A stretch of DNA of 64,000 nt, taken from positions 1,302,001 to 1,366,000 of the forward strand of contig JAUPSS010000003.1 of NCBI GenBank assembly GCA_040285825.1, in the 5' to 3' direction. Source of the stretch: Eukaryota sp. TZLM1-RC. Taxonomy: Eukaryota; Protista; Metamonada: BaSk clade. Shown here in pieces: positions 50,857 to 63,674 of this stretch (positions within the stretch are counted from its first letter, which is position 1; each line of letters begins with the position of its first letter). The notes under the pieces are model-generated. The model was given only the letters and a program-made list of their open reading frames with translations. It did no database searches and was not told the origin of the DNA. A program made the position numbers and the translations under genes.

Positions 50857-53800
50857 AATACTATTGAAACTTCTATTTTGTGCAATTGATCCTAACCACA
50901 AAAATTTGTGTGGTTATTCAATTGGATCAAGAATGGATAATAACAATGTTGACCATCAACTTTCGGGCGGTGTTCTGAATCCAAAGGCAAAGAAGATGAT
51001 TCACCCCCGGTCCTGACCCATGCAACACCAAATTGCTATTTCGTACAGAATTTACACAAATATCTTAATGAAATAGCAATGCCTTTGATGTGGGTACCGA
51101 CACATGAAGAAATCAGCAATCCCGACTTCCGTCCGAGAACTATACTAGACCAACTGCTGATGAAAGGAGATCGCCGAGTCCTGCGCCGCAACAAGTATGA
51201 TTGTTTTATAAGGCAAAAAAGAATAATGGGATTAATTGAAAAAATTAAACAAATAGCCAGTGGAAGAGAAACTATAATTTGGTTTGGTAGTGGAGTTGAT
51301 GGGCCCTCAAGACAAGCTGTGAAAACCCCAAGGAAGCGTAGTATAGTGTTTATTGAATAATTTGCTTATGTTTTATATTTTTATAGATACAAAAAACAGT
51401 GAATAAATGAATTTTATTGTTGACTGACTGATCTTTTTTCGATTGACATCCCCACCACAATGGCAAATCCAGAGTTGCTACTTCGAGGTCGTGTTCTTTC
51501 TTGGAAGTATAGCCATCCTCAAGAAAGGACAACTGTTGCTGTTGCCGCTGCCAACTTTTCCGCCGGTGTTGCAAAAGATGCAAAAGAGCCACAGTTTCGA
51601 ACTTGCGAACTGTTAGCGTTTTGGGCTGTCGTCTTGCTCAGTATTATATACTGATACATCCGAACATGGCTCATTGGTTGTACCATCAACAGTTCTGGTA
51701 TCAATGTCAGGATTTTGTGGTGATGGTCAATCCTCCAATCCGGTAACCCTTTGAGACCCACCGGGAAGTCTACGAGGGTCTTTTTAATGCTTCTGACCCA
51801 ATTATGTGGCCATTTTCCTCTGGGTTGTGATGAAGTAACTGGCAACTGGTGCCATTTTGACATCCGGAGCTTTTGTGCACTTCAAATGACGAACAGCTTC
51901 TGCCAAATTATGACAGATGGACCAATGCAATGGAAGTTCAACTTCTATAGAACGATGGCAGTCTTCTTTTACTGCAAATCTCCGAAAAAATTTGCTTCTG
52001 CCGTTCTCAAAGATGCATCCGTTTCTGAGCAGCTACCTGGTTGGTACGAGCAACATCATGCTTACATTAGCGATTTGTTCGACCAACAAGTAGGTACCCC
52101 TGCTAGGTTCCAGGCCCTCTTGGAAGAAACTGACCTCCATTTGAACACTGAAACAGTGAACTTGATCTTCTTCTCCAATTTCCATGTTTTGTCGTTTTTC
52201 GAGAATACGGCGAGTGAAACAATGAATAGGCTCGCTCTGGCTTGCTCCGTATGCTACTCTCCAGGCTTCATTTCATTCAGCCAACAACTCGAAAAACACT
52301 TTTTACGTTTAAAACCAAACCAACACATCTAACCTTTTTACAGGAAGAACCTTGCCACATATACCATTGCATCGAATAATATGTCAGTGAGAGTAAGCTT
52401 CTCAACAGGTTCCCAAGAAAACCAAAAATCGCCGCACCACCAGACCATTCGCAAATTGTTAGAGCCAGTGAAGAACACGCTATGCCTGCCAAGAGTTGAA
52501 AGTGAAACTCGAGACTTTAAAAACAGGTTCGCCCTAGGCAACATCTAAGAACTGATGACGCCTATGAGCCTCCTACCGTTGATCCAATTGAATACTTGTT
52601 GATTTTGAAAAAAGCAACCGAAATGTTTTATATAATTATTTAACATAAATGTTCTTCAACTGAACTTATTTAAATGTTGTTTACTTTCAAAATCTCCAAT
52701 TTCAACAAAAGTTTTTGGAATTGAAATTCAATCCATGTTATTTTCATCTGATGCAATTCGTCAGCTATGTTCGTTCTTAGGCAATATTGATGAAGTCTCC
52801 AAACAATTATTTGAACAATTGAATTTTATGTCTGAAAAAATTGACCAAATGATGAAATTGGATGTATAGAAACATATCAAATTTAGCATAATAAGACTGT
52901 GTTTCAATTCAAATTTCAACTATATATTTCAATCTATTAATCCTCTTGTCTCTAGACCGGTGGCCCAAATGTTCAATGAATTGTGTGCTAAAGTTTTGTC
53001 TCAACTGGTAGTGTGTAAAATGTTCCAAATTCCCACTTATGCACATCTTAGTCCACATTATGGCGGTTTAGGTTGGACTAAGGCTTCTATTCTTACTTCA
53101 TGTGCTGTTATTGGTGGATGTAGAAATGCGATATTTGAGTTTTCTGAAAGATTTGCAGATTGGAAAGACTTATTAGTGACAATGCAAAGTTTTACTATTT
53201 TGCATTAAATGAAGAAATTTTAAAAATTGATAATGAAATGTAGGTATCTCACTAGTGAGTACCTAAGTATATAGAATAACATTAAATAAAATTATCTTTA
53301 TCTTAACCCGCCTTAACTAACCCATACATACACAGCTAGCATAATGCCTAACGGCAACAATAATTATTGTGCGTCACAGGCACACCAAACAGCAAACAGC
53401 AACAGCGCTGTAAACGACAAAAAGATGTCTGGGTATGTCAGACATCTTTCAGAGGAGACCTTTCTAACCCTCCTCTTCACATTATTTCGAGTATAATGAG
53501 TGCTCCAACAAAGGAAACGAGTACCCCTCCTTCCTCAACGAGTTCGGATGTATTTCATCCCACTCCTGGTCAAACGAGTTTGAGTATTTCACACTCCACT
53601 CATGGAACGACGAGTTCGGGTGCAACCCACCTCACTCCAAATTTATTTAGTTCGGGTCAACACCCCACTATTATTCATACGAGCAGAGATCCTCGACTCC
53701 CTCCTCCAAATACGAGTTCGGGTCAAAACCCCACTCCTAACCTAACTCTTCCGAGGTAATCCCTCCCAACAACAACGCCCATTCAACGGCTACCACAGCC

Positions 53801-54443
53801 TTGACTACGGCCAAAGTCTCGCAGGATAAACCTCTTGCCACTAGCCCAGAGTTAGAGGCGCTTCTCGCCACTTTCTCAAAAGAAGAAAGTGAGAAACAGG
53901 AGCCAACAGACTTTGTGGAGTCTCTCCCTTCAGACACGTCCCTGTACCCAGACTTAGAAAACTGTGTTTCGGTACAAACCTTAAAGGAGACTTTAGAAGG
54001 ATTCAGGGAAGATCCCCTCACCTCACAAGTCATCAAAAACTCTATAGAGCTTCTTGACAAAGAGAGTAAGGAGTTGACGGGTAGACCTGCTGAACGCAGA
54101 ATAGGACTATCCCCACTAGACTCCTCTTAAAAATCCATCATGTCCAAGCCTCGCGCTGACAGATTCGATTTTATCGGAAAAAAGGCCACCCTCGACATAT
54201 ATGACTTTAGAATACTGTGGTTGGAGGTCATGGAGTATGGTCGAGACTTCTCTAACAATTTGGATGGAACATACACCTCCTCCCAGACTGGTTTAGGCCA
54301 GGTCTGGACAAAATTTATGAAGACAACAGCATATCTGGAGTGAATTATATGGTAATAAGAGAGGTTTACAAATACTACCCATCGTCATCATATCCTGATC
54401 TCGTTGAGATGAGACCTGCATCTCAGCCGTTCAGGCTAATTTT
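50570..54443 (+). repeat. second copy of a segmental duplication of ~39600-43471 (offset ~10,971 bp), including permuted Fanzor B, an R1 fragment, a gypsy 5' LTR (53239-53359) and gag start
   Basis: near-identical sequence and ORFs at a constant offset. Confidence 0.93.
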
Positions 54444-55337
54444 GGCCAATCAAGATTATGTGGTTACTTCTTAAATGATAATCAATGTGGAGTTATCCCT
54501 TGTCCAACTGGCAGAAGATACATGACAAAACCTTCACCCAGTAAACACTCTCCCAACCAATATTCCGTTCAAAATTTCAACCAATATTTGAACCATTGGA
54601 ATTTGGTCAGGAGGAAAGTGTATTTGGAAAGTAATCGCCAGAAATGGAAAATAGTTAAATTTGATAACCGCAGACGAAAAGAGAGACGGTTCAGAGAGAG
54701 TCTCAACAAATTTCAAAGGCTGGCTGGACATCCTGAAAAACTGTATCTTGCTGTGGGTTCTGCTAATTTCCCTTCTCATTGCCGAAAAGTCAATTGATAT
54801 GGATCAGCAAGGGCTTTCAGAAAATGGTTGTGTTATCAAAAGGACGTGAAGCACTTGTCAACCAGTGAATTTAATACAAGCAAAATGTCAAGTTGTTGCA
54901 TGGCCGAGAATATTCAAGCAGGCTCATGGCAGATGCGTATTTGTACTGAGTGTCAAATAGTATATGACAGAGATATTTCCGCTGCAAAAAATATTCAAAT
55001 TAAGAAGAAAGCGGAATTGTGGCCGGAAAGATACATTTGCCCAGATGCTCTGTTGAGAAGATGAATGGGGAACCTGAGCAAACAGAAACAAAAACTTTTG
55101 AGACCGATCTACAAATGCCCTAGTAGCATTTGGTAGATCCACTTAGATACATCAAGTCGCGAGGCTTTGTTCTGTGAAAGCAGTAGGTGTATTTAAGTGA
55201 GGTAGCCCATTGATGAAGATCATGATTGTCTTTGTCAAATGATGCTACATGTCTCTTACAACCTGTGAGTAGACATTGAGAAAGTTGAAAACAGGAGTGA
55301 ATTTCACAGGGGAATGCATGATAAGTGAAATTCACAG
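54444..55337 (+). mobile_element. Fanzor family D, 3' half plus putative omega-RNA
   Basis: KWKIVKFD, LAVGSANF, SEFNTSKMSSCC, CTEC..YDRDISAAKNI; terminal stem GTGAATTTCAC..GTGAAATTCAC. Confidence 0.85.
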
Positions 55338-55376
55338 TTAAAAATAAACATTTTGCCCACTGTAACACCCACAACA

Positions 55377-56210
55377 ATGATCATTGAAGGACCTGAAATA
55401 TCTCCACGGCCTTGTATTAGACCTGTACCTGTCAGGGAAAGTCATCCTTTTCTTTCTGATCGTGATGATTCACGTCCTTCCACTGCTAGAAAATCTTTGG
55501 CCCCTTCCTCCTCCAACATCATCACAGGGGAAATCCCTGAACCCTATAGACCCACTCGTAAATTGGTTAAGTCAAGGTCTACCAACTCTAGCAATGTGTT
55601 GGTTAACGAAACATCACCAAGTTCATATCGTCCCATCAGGCGCCCAATTAGTAATCCTGCTGATCCGTCTGCTGCCGGTGTTTCTACGAAACAAGAGGTT
55701 GAAAAGAAGCAGCGTTTCCTTCGTCGTCAATGTGCTCCTCCCGAAACCAAGGAAGAAGAATACAAACCGTCAAGACGAATGATCTCCAGTGAGATCTACT
55801 CACATACAGATCCAGTAGGCACATATCAAGAACCAAGTGTAACACCAAGACGTGTTGTTAGTGCAGACTACTTGAAACATACTTCTAAATCCTCAGATGA
55901 AATCAAACCATACTCCAAGAAGTTACTCGCTCCTAAAGTTGGTATAACCGAATGTTTTCACAGTGGTTCTCCGGAGTCTTCTTCCTCTCGTAGGTCTCTA
56001 AGGGTTTTTCCTGATAAGAGCAGAGGTGTTGGGGAAGATGTCATCAAGTACCAGTATCACCAGGGGACAATGCGGACGGAACGACCCCAAACAGCTGAAG
56101 AGAAGAGAAGAGTAATTATGGACCACACACCAAGAATTACCCAAGAATCTAGACAAATGTCTAGTTTGTTCAAAGCCAAATGTTCACAGTCTAATATTAT
56201 TATTGGATAG
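55377..56210 (+). CDS. hypothetical basic Ser/Pro/Arg-rich, probably disordered protein
   Basis: intact GC-richer ORF; recurrent Y(R/K)P.R(R/K) and SNI(I)(T/I)G motifs. Confidence 0.7.
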   Translation: MIIEGPEISPRPCIRPVPVRESHPFLSDRDDSRPSTARKSLAPSSSNIITGEIPEPYRPTRKLVKSRSTNSSNVLVNETSPSSYRPIRRPISNPADPSAAGVSTKQEVEKKQRFLRRQCAPPETKEEEYKPSRRMISSEIYSHTDPVGTYQEPSVTPRRVVSADYLKHTSKSSDEIKPYSKKLLAPKVGITECFHSGSPESSSSRRSLRVFPDKSRGVGEDVIKYQYHQGTMRTERPQTAEEKRRVIMDHTPRITQESRQMSSLFKAKCSQSNIIIG

Positions 56211-56934
56211 AATGATTTAATTGTATAATAAAGTTGAGTTTTTAGTATTTAGCATCAAGGCTTTCGTTATTCAAGTGTTTTGGAACAGTGAATTAAATTG
56301 GGATGTCATTACAACTTCTACAAGGAAAAGATTATATATCATGACAACCAGTCTTTTTTCCGCGTCTTCTTGGTCTTCGTTTCTTCATTTATTTCGGATA
56401 GATTCGAAAATTGACCAGCAACGTACACAAGCAATTCCAGTTGATGGACCTTGACAGATTGATGAGAAAAGATCAATATAGAGAGAGATGAAGATCATCA
56501 TATTACCAAAAGTGACATCATTAATACAAGTTGATGTAGATGTAACGCTTTTTAAGGAGACGTTCAAAAATCAAGGTTTGGTGGCAACACTAATCCCAAC
56601 CATATTGGGACATCTTTTGTTGATGAAAGACCAAAATGGAGAAATAATGTTTATTAAAACATTTTAATCTTTCATCTAGTTATTTTTTTTCAATTGATTT
56701 AATTTATTCCAACAAAAATGTAAACAAAAAACCAGATGCAATTCTAGGTAAAAGTACTCAAAATTGGAAAAATAAAACAAGCGGCCTACACGTAGCAATA
56801 GAATTAGGAAGCGTAGCTAATTCTTTGAAGATTTAGATGATTATAGTTATTTAGTTATAGTTTCGTTTAGTGTTTATATCAGCTGATTGATTTTGAAAAA
56901 AGGGAGAAATAGTGTTGGTGCCCTTAATTCTAAT

Positions 56935-57677
56935 TCGATCTTTTATTTGGCCTGATAATCTTCCTCATGGATTAATTTGTAAATGTGGAAAGCCTTTCAC
57001 TCCAACCCATTTATTTAATTGTAATCGTTTTATTACTTTTCGATCAAAAGTGCATGATGCAGTTCGTGATCAGCTCTATTGTATGTTTAAGTCCTACCGG
57101 GTTGAATCTTTTTTAGAACCTTTGCTTTCAAATTTGGCTGATGAATCTGACGGAAATTTTTTTGGTGACAGCCGTGGTGATGTGCTAGTTCCCGGACCTG
57201 GTGGATCAATGATCATTATTGATGTCAGATCTACTGATGTATCAAACAGCTCAAATGAAAAATTGGCACAATCTTATAATTCACCTTTACGTAGAGCTGA
57301 AGAAGCGAAAATTATCAAGTTCACAGAAAAAATCAATAATCTGAATTCCAACTCAAATACTCAATTCCTTCTTTGTCCTTTTGCTTTTTCTTTATTTGGA
57401 ACCTTGGGTAAAACTGTGTTGACTTTGTTGGACGATTTCTCATCTATTGTCAAAAATAGAACTGGAAGAATATTTGATCGAACTTTTGGCAAAACAGAAT
57501 TGTATTTTCTAATTTTAAAGGAATGTATAGTCTTGTTTCTAGCTCGTTGTTATCACTAGGAAAATTTTATGAAGAAAAAGCTTTAGGTAAGTGTTCTATA
57601 GTAGATGTGGAGTTTGAGGAGATTGATTTTTAGTTTTTTATAATTTTGTTTGAATTCAATATTTATCGAAAAAAAAG
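56935..57677 (+). mobile_element. non-LTR retrotransposon 3' end (family R4)
   Basis: CKCG..HLFNC..HDAVRD, RGDV..IIDV, poly(A). Confidence 0.85.
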
Positions 57678-57744
57678 CGCTCTTAGGCTTATATAATATT
57701 AATAGAAAATAAATTCACTTTATCTTAACTTGACGACTTAAGGC

Positions 57745-58580
57745 AACAATGAGGTAAATTTTCAGGTCAGATAAAGGAACGAAATCTCATCTTCAAAGTG
57801 CAGGCAGAATCAGTTAAGAGAGTGCCATAAACTTAAGGAATTGTTGTTACTAAGGCAGAAGATGTACTATCACACATATCTTGAAAAAGCCTTGCCAACA
57901 ATGGGATTTTGTTCTTAGCCAAGCCACGTCTAATATCACAATCCAAGCTTTCAAAAATCTTTGTAATTGTATTGGCAAACTTTCATCCAAACATCGCAGC
58001 GATGTCATTCGATAGATGGAATATTATAGAAATAGTAAAGAATGAAATTGGCGAACTGACTAACATTAGACAATTTTGACTGAAGTATTTTGCAACAAAG
58101 CTGCAAATTAAGGAGAGATCGGTCCAGAATTTCTTAAATTGATTGGGGGAAACATTTGGTTCAGAGGTGGTAATCTTTCAAGCTGAAAAGATAACTCATT
58201 CAATTATGAACCGGTATTTGAATCCAACAAATGAGAATCTTCAGGAAATCTACAAGCAAGCTCATAAATGAAATCTTGCCTCCACCCACAAAAGCTGATT
58301 GACACAACATAGAGGATTTTGTAAGTACAACAGCTCCAAAACTTTCTACAGAAAAACATTCCTGCATCTACATCCAATAAATCATTAAAGAATTCTCTCA
58401 TCAAGAATTAATGGGTCGACAAAAATCTAATGCTATGGAAAATACGCAAAATCTCAAAATGTTGGTTATTCTTCCAGTATAGCAATTTTTAAGCATAAGA
58501 AATTTCATATGTTTTTCTAAATCTAAAGAAGAAATTGAATCAAGTTTTTCAATAGTCAGCAACACCAATATACTTTCGAT
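57745..58580 (-). mobile_element. degenerate non-LTR fragments
   Basis: LVTTIP*VYGTLL..MRFRSFI; EKHMKF..NCYTG..ILR. Confidence 0.65.
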
Positions 58581-58584
58581 TTGG

Positions 58585-60560
58585 GTTTTGAAAATGCTTT
58601 CAACTCCGTAAAGCATAACTGTAATTATAATGTGCTCCTTCAAGAGTTTCCTGAACGTTCAGCATATTTTCATTTATTTTATGGAAAAAAGTCGGACTTA
58701 ATTTTTGACACCTTTACCCTAGAATCTTCTTCTGGTGTGAAAAAACGTGACCCTCTTGGCCCATTGCTTTTTTGTTTGGCTGTTTTGTTTATTATTGAAA
58801 TGATCCAAACAGAATTCCTTGAATTGCGTATTGTTGCTTATATGGATGATATTTCCATTATCGGTTCTTATGAAAGCATTTGTAGGGTTTCTCAAGGCAT
58901 TGCCGCGAAATACAAAGAAATTGAATTAGCTTTGAATCCATCTAAATGTCTCTTGATTGGTAGAACAAAACAATTTTTATTGATTGATGGTGCTCAGATT
59001 CCTTTTATCAATAATGACCAACAAGCGTTCAAGTTTCTTGGATGTTGGCTTGGTAATTTGGGTGAAATTTATTCCCAGTTGAACAATTTATTGAAGAAAT
59101 TTGACAAGGATCTTAGTTTTATTGCTGAATGTGACATTGAAAAACACATCAAACTTTCTATTTTAAAAATTTGTTATACTGAAAAATTCACTCATATTTT
59201 AAGGTCAACTCCCCCTTCGGTATCTCTTGATTTTTGCAGATCTTGCAACAAACTGCGGGTCAAATTTGTTTCTTCTTTATTAGAAGGAAATGAATCTTTG
59301 ATTCGAAGTCATGAATTTTGTTCTGCTGATATGGGTGGAATTGGTTTCACTAAAACTTCGATTTTGTGTGAAGCACCATTTTTAGTAGGTGGAAAAAAAT
59401 ATTATTTTTGAATTTTTCCAAAGGTTCCCTTATGATGATCACTTGATCAATGGTGGATCAAATTTTTACTTAAATCAGCTTCAATTTGAATTAGATCATT
59501 TGCCAGTGATATCTGGATTCAGTGTTTTCCTCAAAATGTTCAAGAAATTCCCAACCGATCACTTCCAAATTTACGTTTTTGCCTGAAAAAGCTTCAGCAC
59601 CATCTAGTTAAATTATATGAAAGCTTGGATTATGAAGTAAGACTTTGCTTGTCCAAAACTTAAAATCCCGCTTTTGGTAATTTTTTAAAGGATATTCGGG
59701 ATAGTTCTGCTGCTGCTTTAGTAACTCAAATTCCCTTTGTTTATGGACTTTTGTTGAAAAACAATGAATGGCTTTTAAACATGCGTTTTCGTTGTTTTCT
59801 GTGGCCAAACAATTTGCCCAATCATTTAACATGTAAATGTGGCAAACCTCTGTTGTTTACTCACCTTTTGAACTGTAAGTGGTTTATTACATTTAGAAGC
59901 AAAGTGCATAATAATGTCAGGGACCAAATTTATGTAATGTGCAAATCATATCGAGTGGATTCCTTTTTAGAGTCGTTGTTATCAAAATTAATTCTTGATG
60001 ACCCCAATACTGATAGTACGCGTTACAAGAGAGCTTCTATGGGTCTGAAAAGAGGTGATCTAGTTGTTCCCGGTCTAAATGGTAGTTTTACTATTTTAGA
60101 CGCCATGTCTATTGACCCTTGTAATTCTTGTAACGAACATCTCATTATCTCGGATGTAAATAATCCTCTTTTTGCAGGCGAAAAACATAAAATTGCTAAA
60201 TATGCGACACCCAGTTCCTTAGTTAATGAAAATTCTCATGCCCAATATAATTTATGTCCTTTTGTTTTTCTTTGCTTGGATCTTTAGGTAAGGCTGCTAT
60301 GGCTTTCCTTAACGATTTTGTTGTAGTTGTAAAGGAAAGAACTGGAAGAATATTCAATCGTGTTTATTGGCAAAACAGAATTGTATTTTCTATTTTTAAA
60401 AAAATGGTGAAATTAATTTCTGATTCACTCTCTTCATTTAGCAAATTTTCTGAATCTTCAGTAATTAATTGTTGTGATGTGGGTGAGGCGTATTTTGAGG
60501 ATGTGGAGTTTTAGTTGTGTATTTCATGATTTTATATTCCCTACTAGATTGATTAAATTG
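58585..60560 (+). mobile_element. non-LTR retrotransposon R2 (RT through RLE), frameshifted
   Basis: FENAFNSV, GVKKRDPLGPLLFC, AYMDD, FKFLG, CCHC knuckle, RGDLVV..LDA. Confidence 0.9.
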
Positions 60561-60814
60561 TCTTTTAAATTGAATCAAGTTCAATTTCCATTTTTTCAAC
60601 ATACCCTGTAATTCATTCATAATTTATTAGATTTTGTAGAGGAAATCCTGGTTCAATGATAGTCGTCCCATTAGTTATGAGTTAATTTAATTAAGTGTGC
60701 AAATTCAATCAATACTAGAATTCCTTCATAATTTGAGGCACATTTCCTAAACAGAAAAATATTTCAGTTACTGTGTTTTATTGTACTGTAAACAATTAGT
60801 CTAGTACATTTGTG

Positions 60815-60930
60815 ATAATATACTTCACTAGTGATGGCGCCCTTGTAATGGCAGGTGAAATTCCATAAATACCTCATTATTGCTTTTAAATGTCTATTAA
60901 GACACACAAGCCATCGTGTTTACCCAACAA
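60815..60930 (+). pseudogene. possible hAT transposase relic
   Basis: YFTSDGALVMAG followed by C....SHR, resembling hAT (S/T)DGAxVMxG / HCxxHR. Confidence 0.25.
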
Positions 60931-61279
60931 TATCAAATAAGCGTAGTTTATTATATGTCTCTTTCCTTAACATAGTTCACTGATAAATCAGCTCAAACTA
61001 ACATTCATCATAAAACAACACTCCAAACGCTAAACAAGTGTTTTGTGATGACAGGGATCTTAAAAAAGTTGTTCAAGATCTATCAGTCAAAGACGGGATG
61101 TGCTCATGCGGCCATTGTTGGGATTGTGCAAAGTAAGAGAATTGAGATTCAGTATGAGGGGTTAATCTCCGGTGTTTAAACTTGGTGTGCAAAACACATG
61201 TTCATAGTAGACTTAGTAAACGAGTACTTGCTATTGTGCACATTGAAATTCATTAAGCGGCTTTCAATTTTTGTATTGT

Positions 61280-62160
61280 TCACTTTTAATTGGAACAAGC
61301 TTTCACATATTTTTTGTTAGATGCTCAAAATAGTTCTTCATCTTGTTTAATTTCTCAAATTGCTCAAATTTATGGTCTTCTTTTAGATGATGCCACATAT
61401 TCTTGTACAATGCGCCTTCGATGCTCTATTTGGCCCAATAACGTTGTTAATAATTTGATTTGCAAATGTGGATCAAAAATTTCTCCAGATCACTTGTTTA
61501 ACTGTAAACATTTTAATACTTTTCGATCAAAAATCCATGATGCAGTTAGAAATCAGCTCTATTGTATGTCTAAGTCTCACAGAATTGTCTCCTATTTGGA
61601 ACCATTACTTTCTCGCTTGGTTGATGAGGACACTTTGAATTCTTTTGGTCGTAACAGAGGTGATTTAATGCTTGAAGAATTTGATGGGACCACTATCATA
61701 ACTGATGTGAATTCAATCGATGTGTGTAATGATTCTTTCATACCATTAGCTCAGTCAAAACACAAGAATCCGCTGTCTGTTGCCGAAAACACTAAAATTG
61801 ATAAATATAGAGCAAAGTTGGTTTTCTTGGATGATGAATCTCACACTCATTATGTCCTTTGTCCATTTGCTTTTTCCTTACATGGTACGCTTGTACCACT
61901 TGCTTTATCTATTTTTGGATGATTTTGTTGAAATGTAAAACACCATACAGGAAGGTTTTTTGAAAAAAAAACGTTTTGGCAGAACAGAGTTGTATGTTCA
62001 ATTTTTACAGCTGTTGTCCCGTAATTGTCTCCTGCTTTATTATCTCTTGGTCGCTTTTATGAAGGAAAAACTACCAGTCAATTTTTGTTGGCTGATTTGG
62101 GATATGAATATTTAGTATCTTAAATCTTGTGTTTAGCTTTTTTGAAAATAATAAATTCAA
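61280..62160 (+). mobile_element. non-LTR retrotransposon 3' end (family R5)
   Basis: CKCG..HLFNC..HDAVRN, RGDL..ITDV. Confidence 0.85.
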
Positions 62161-62184
62161 AATTATTGAAAACCAATTCTTGAA

Positions 62185-62540
62185 CATTTTTTTTTAAATT
62201 TAATTTTATTCTAAACCTATAAATCAACATCTAAAAAATCCATCTCTCCCAAAACAAAAACACTAGATGCAACTCTCTCATAGTGAGATCCAAGAGAAAG
62301 CAAAGCATCAGAAACCATCTTCAACATCCCCTTAAAAATAGAAAACACAATTCTATTTTGCCAAAACAATCTGTTGAAATTTCTGCCAGTTCTTCTCTTT
62401 ACAATCATTTCAAAATCATCCAAAAAACGTAAAGCAGTTGGTGCAAGTGAACCAAAAAGGGAAAATACAAATGGATACAAATTGTATTTTGCATGCTGTA
62501 GACTGGCCAATTTGGACAAAGGTTCATTGTATTTTTTGAA
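62185..62540 (-). mobile_element. non-LTR R3 3' end
   Basis: WQNRIVFSIFKG..DFLDVDL* plus A-tail; matches 4440-4633. Confidence 0.85.
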
Positions 62541-62594
62541 TTTAAATTCTTGAACATTTTTGTTCTCTATTTCTAACCCTAAAATTGCTTGGTT

Positions 62595-63674
62595 ATGATT
62601 GAACTCCCAAGTGATTGGTATGACGCCATTCTTGATGGTGTACCCTTCGATGTTGGAGTCAGATGTGCTAATGGGACTCTTTGGTCGTCAATCAAACCAT
62701 CTACAAACTTATTGTCTCTTGAAGTAGAAGATAGCACGTTTAGCATTATTGACTACTCTCAGGATCGGCGTTACATAAAACTGTCTACACCAGACTTCAT
62801 GAGCACCTTCTTTTCCCCTTATCATCATTTTTCAAATGTTCATCCTTGCTCATCATTTATTTATTCAATGGATATTGCTGAGGTTGAATCGATTGGTATA
62901 TCTGGTGCCGAAAACGGTGATTTGAGAGCTTGGGACGTTCGTTCGGGAGAACCTCTCCGTACTTACGAAGGCCATGTAGGTGATATCAACCATTGTTGTT
63001 TGTTTCCTTCAAAAAAAGTCTTACTCAGTTGTTCATCTGATTTGTCTATTCGAATTTGGGATCTTTTTACTGGTAGGTGTGCAAGAACGCTCAATCCCCA
63101 CAGATCCAGTATTCGTAAAGTACTTCCTGTGCGTGTTGGGCGTGAGGTGGTCAGTCTAGAGAGACTGGGAATGGTGTGTGTAACTGAGGTAGCAAATGGG
63201 TGTGTTCTGTGGGAGCACCATTTCGATTCAGCCATGGACATTGATGTTTGCCAATCTCACATTGTAGTGTTGACCTCAACATCATCCTTTTTCGTTTGCA
63301 TTGATTCACATAACATTACTGAAGTAATCCACCCAGCGACATTTGAGCAGCCTAAATCGATTGGTTTTATTGATGATGAAACTGTTGTAGTTGGAGGTAG
63401 GTCCGGGATTCTAAACGCTAATATCAAAGGAGAAACCATTACCATTCGTCCAATTGATGGTACTATCACTAAGATTCTGTTCAGCAATAACAGAGTATTT
63501 TTCTCCATTACAAGTACAGTATATTCACTAAGTATAGAAGATGTAACAGTTGGTAATTGTGCTTCTTTATCTGTGTTTCAAATACCAAGAGCTCATGACG
63601 TTTTCAACTTCAGTGTGAGCAAGAGTTTATGGGTAGCATCAAATGAGGGAATATCACAGTTTAATTTGATATAA
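62595..63674 (+). CDS. WD40 protein, PAAF1/Rpn14-like proteasome assembly chaperone
   Basis: N-terminal IELPSDW..AI; EGHVGDINHCCLFPS..LLS.SSDLSIRIWD. Confidence 0.75.
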   Translation: MIELPSDWYDAILDGVPFDVGVRCANGTLWSSIKPSTNLLSLEVEDSTFSIIDYSQDRRYIKLSTPDFMSTFFSPYHHFSNVHPCSSFIYSMDIAEVESIGISGAENGDLRAWDVRSGEPLRTYEGHVGDINHCCLFPSKKVLLSCSSDLSIRIWDLFTGRCARTLNPHRSSIRKVLPVRVGREVVSLERLGMVCVTEVANGCVLWEHHFDSAMDIDVCQSHIVVLTSTSSFFVCIDSHNITEVIHPATFEQPKSIGFIDDETVVVGGRSGILNANIKGETITIRPIDGTITKILFSNNRVFFSITSTVYSLSIEDVTVGNCASLSVFQIPRAHDVFNFSVSKSLWVASNEGISQFNLI

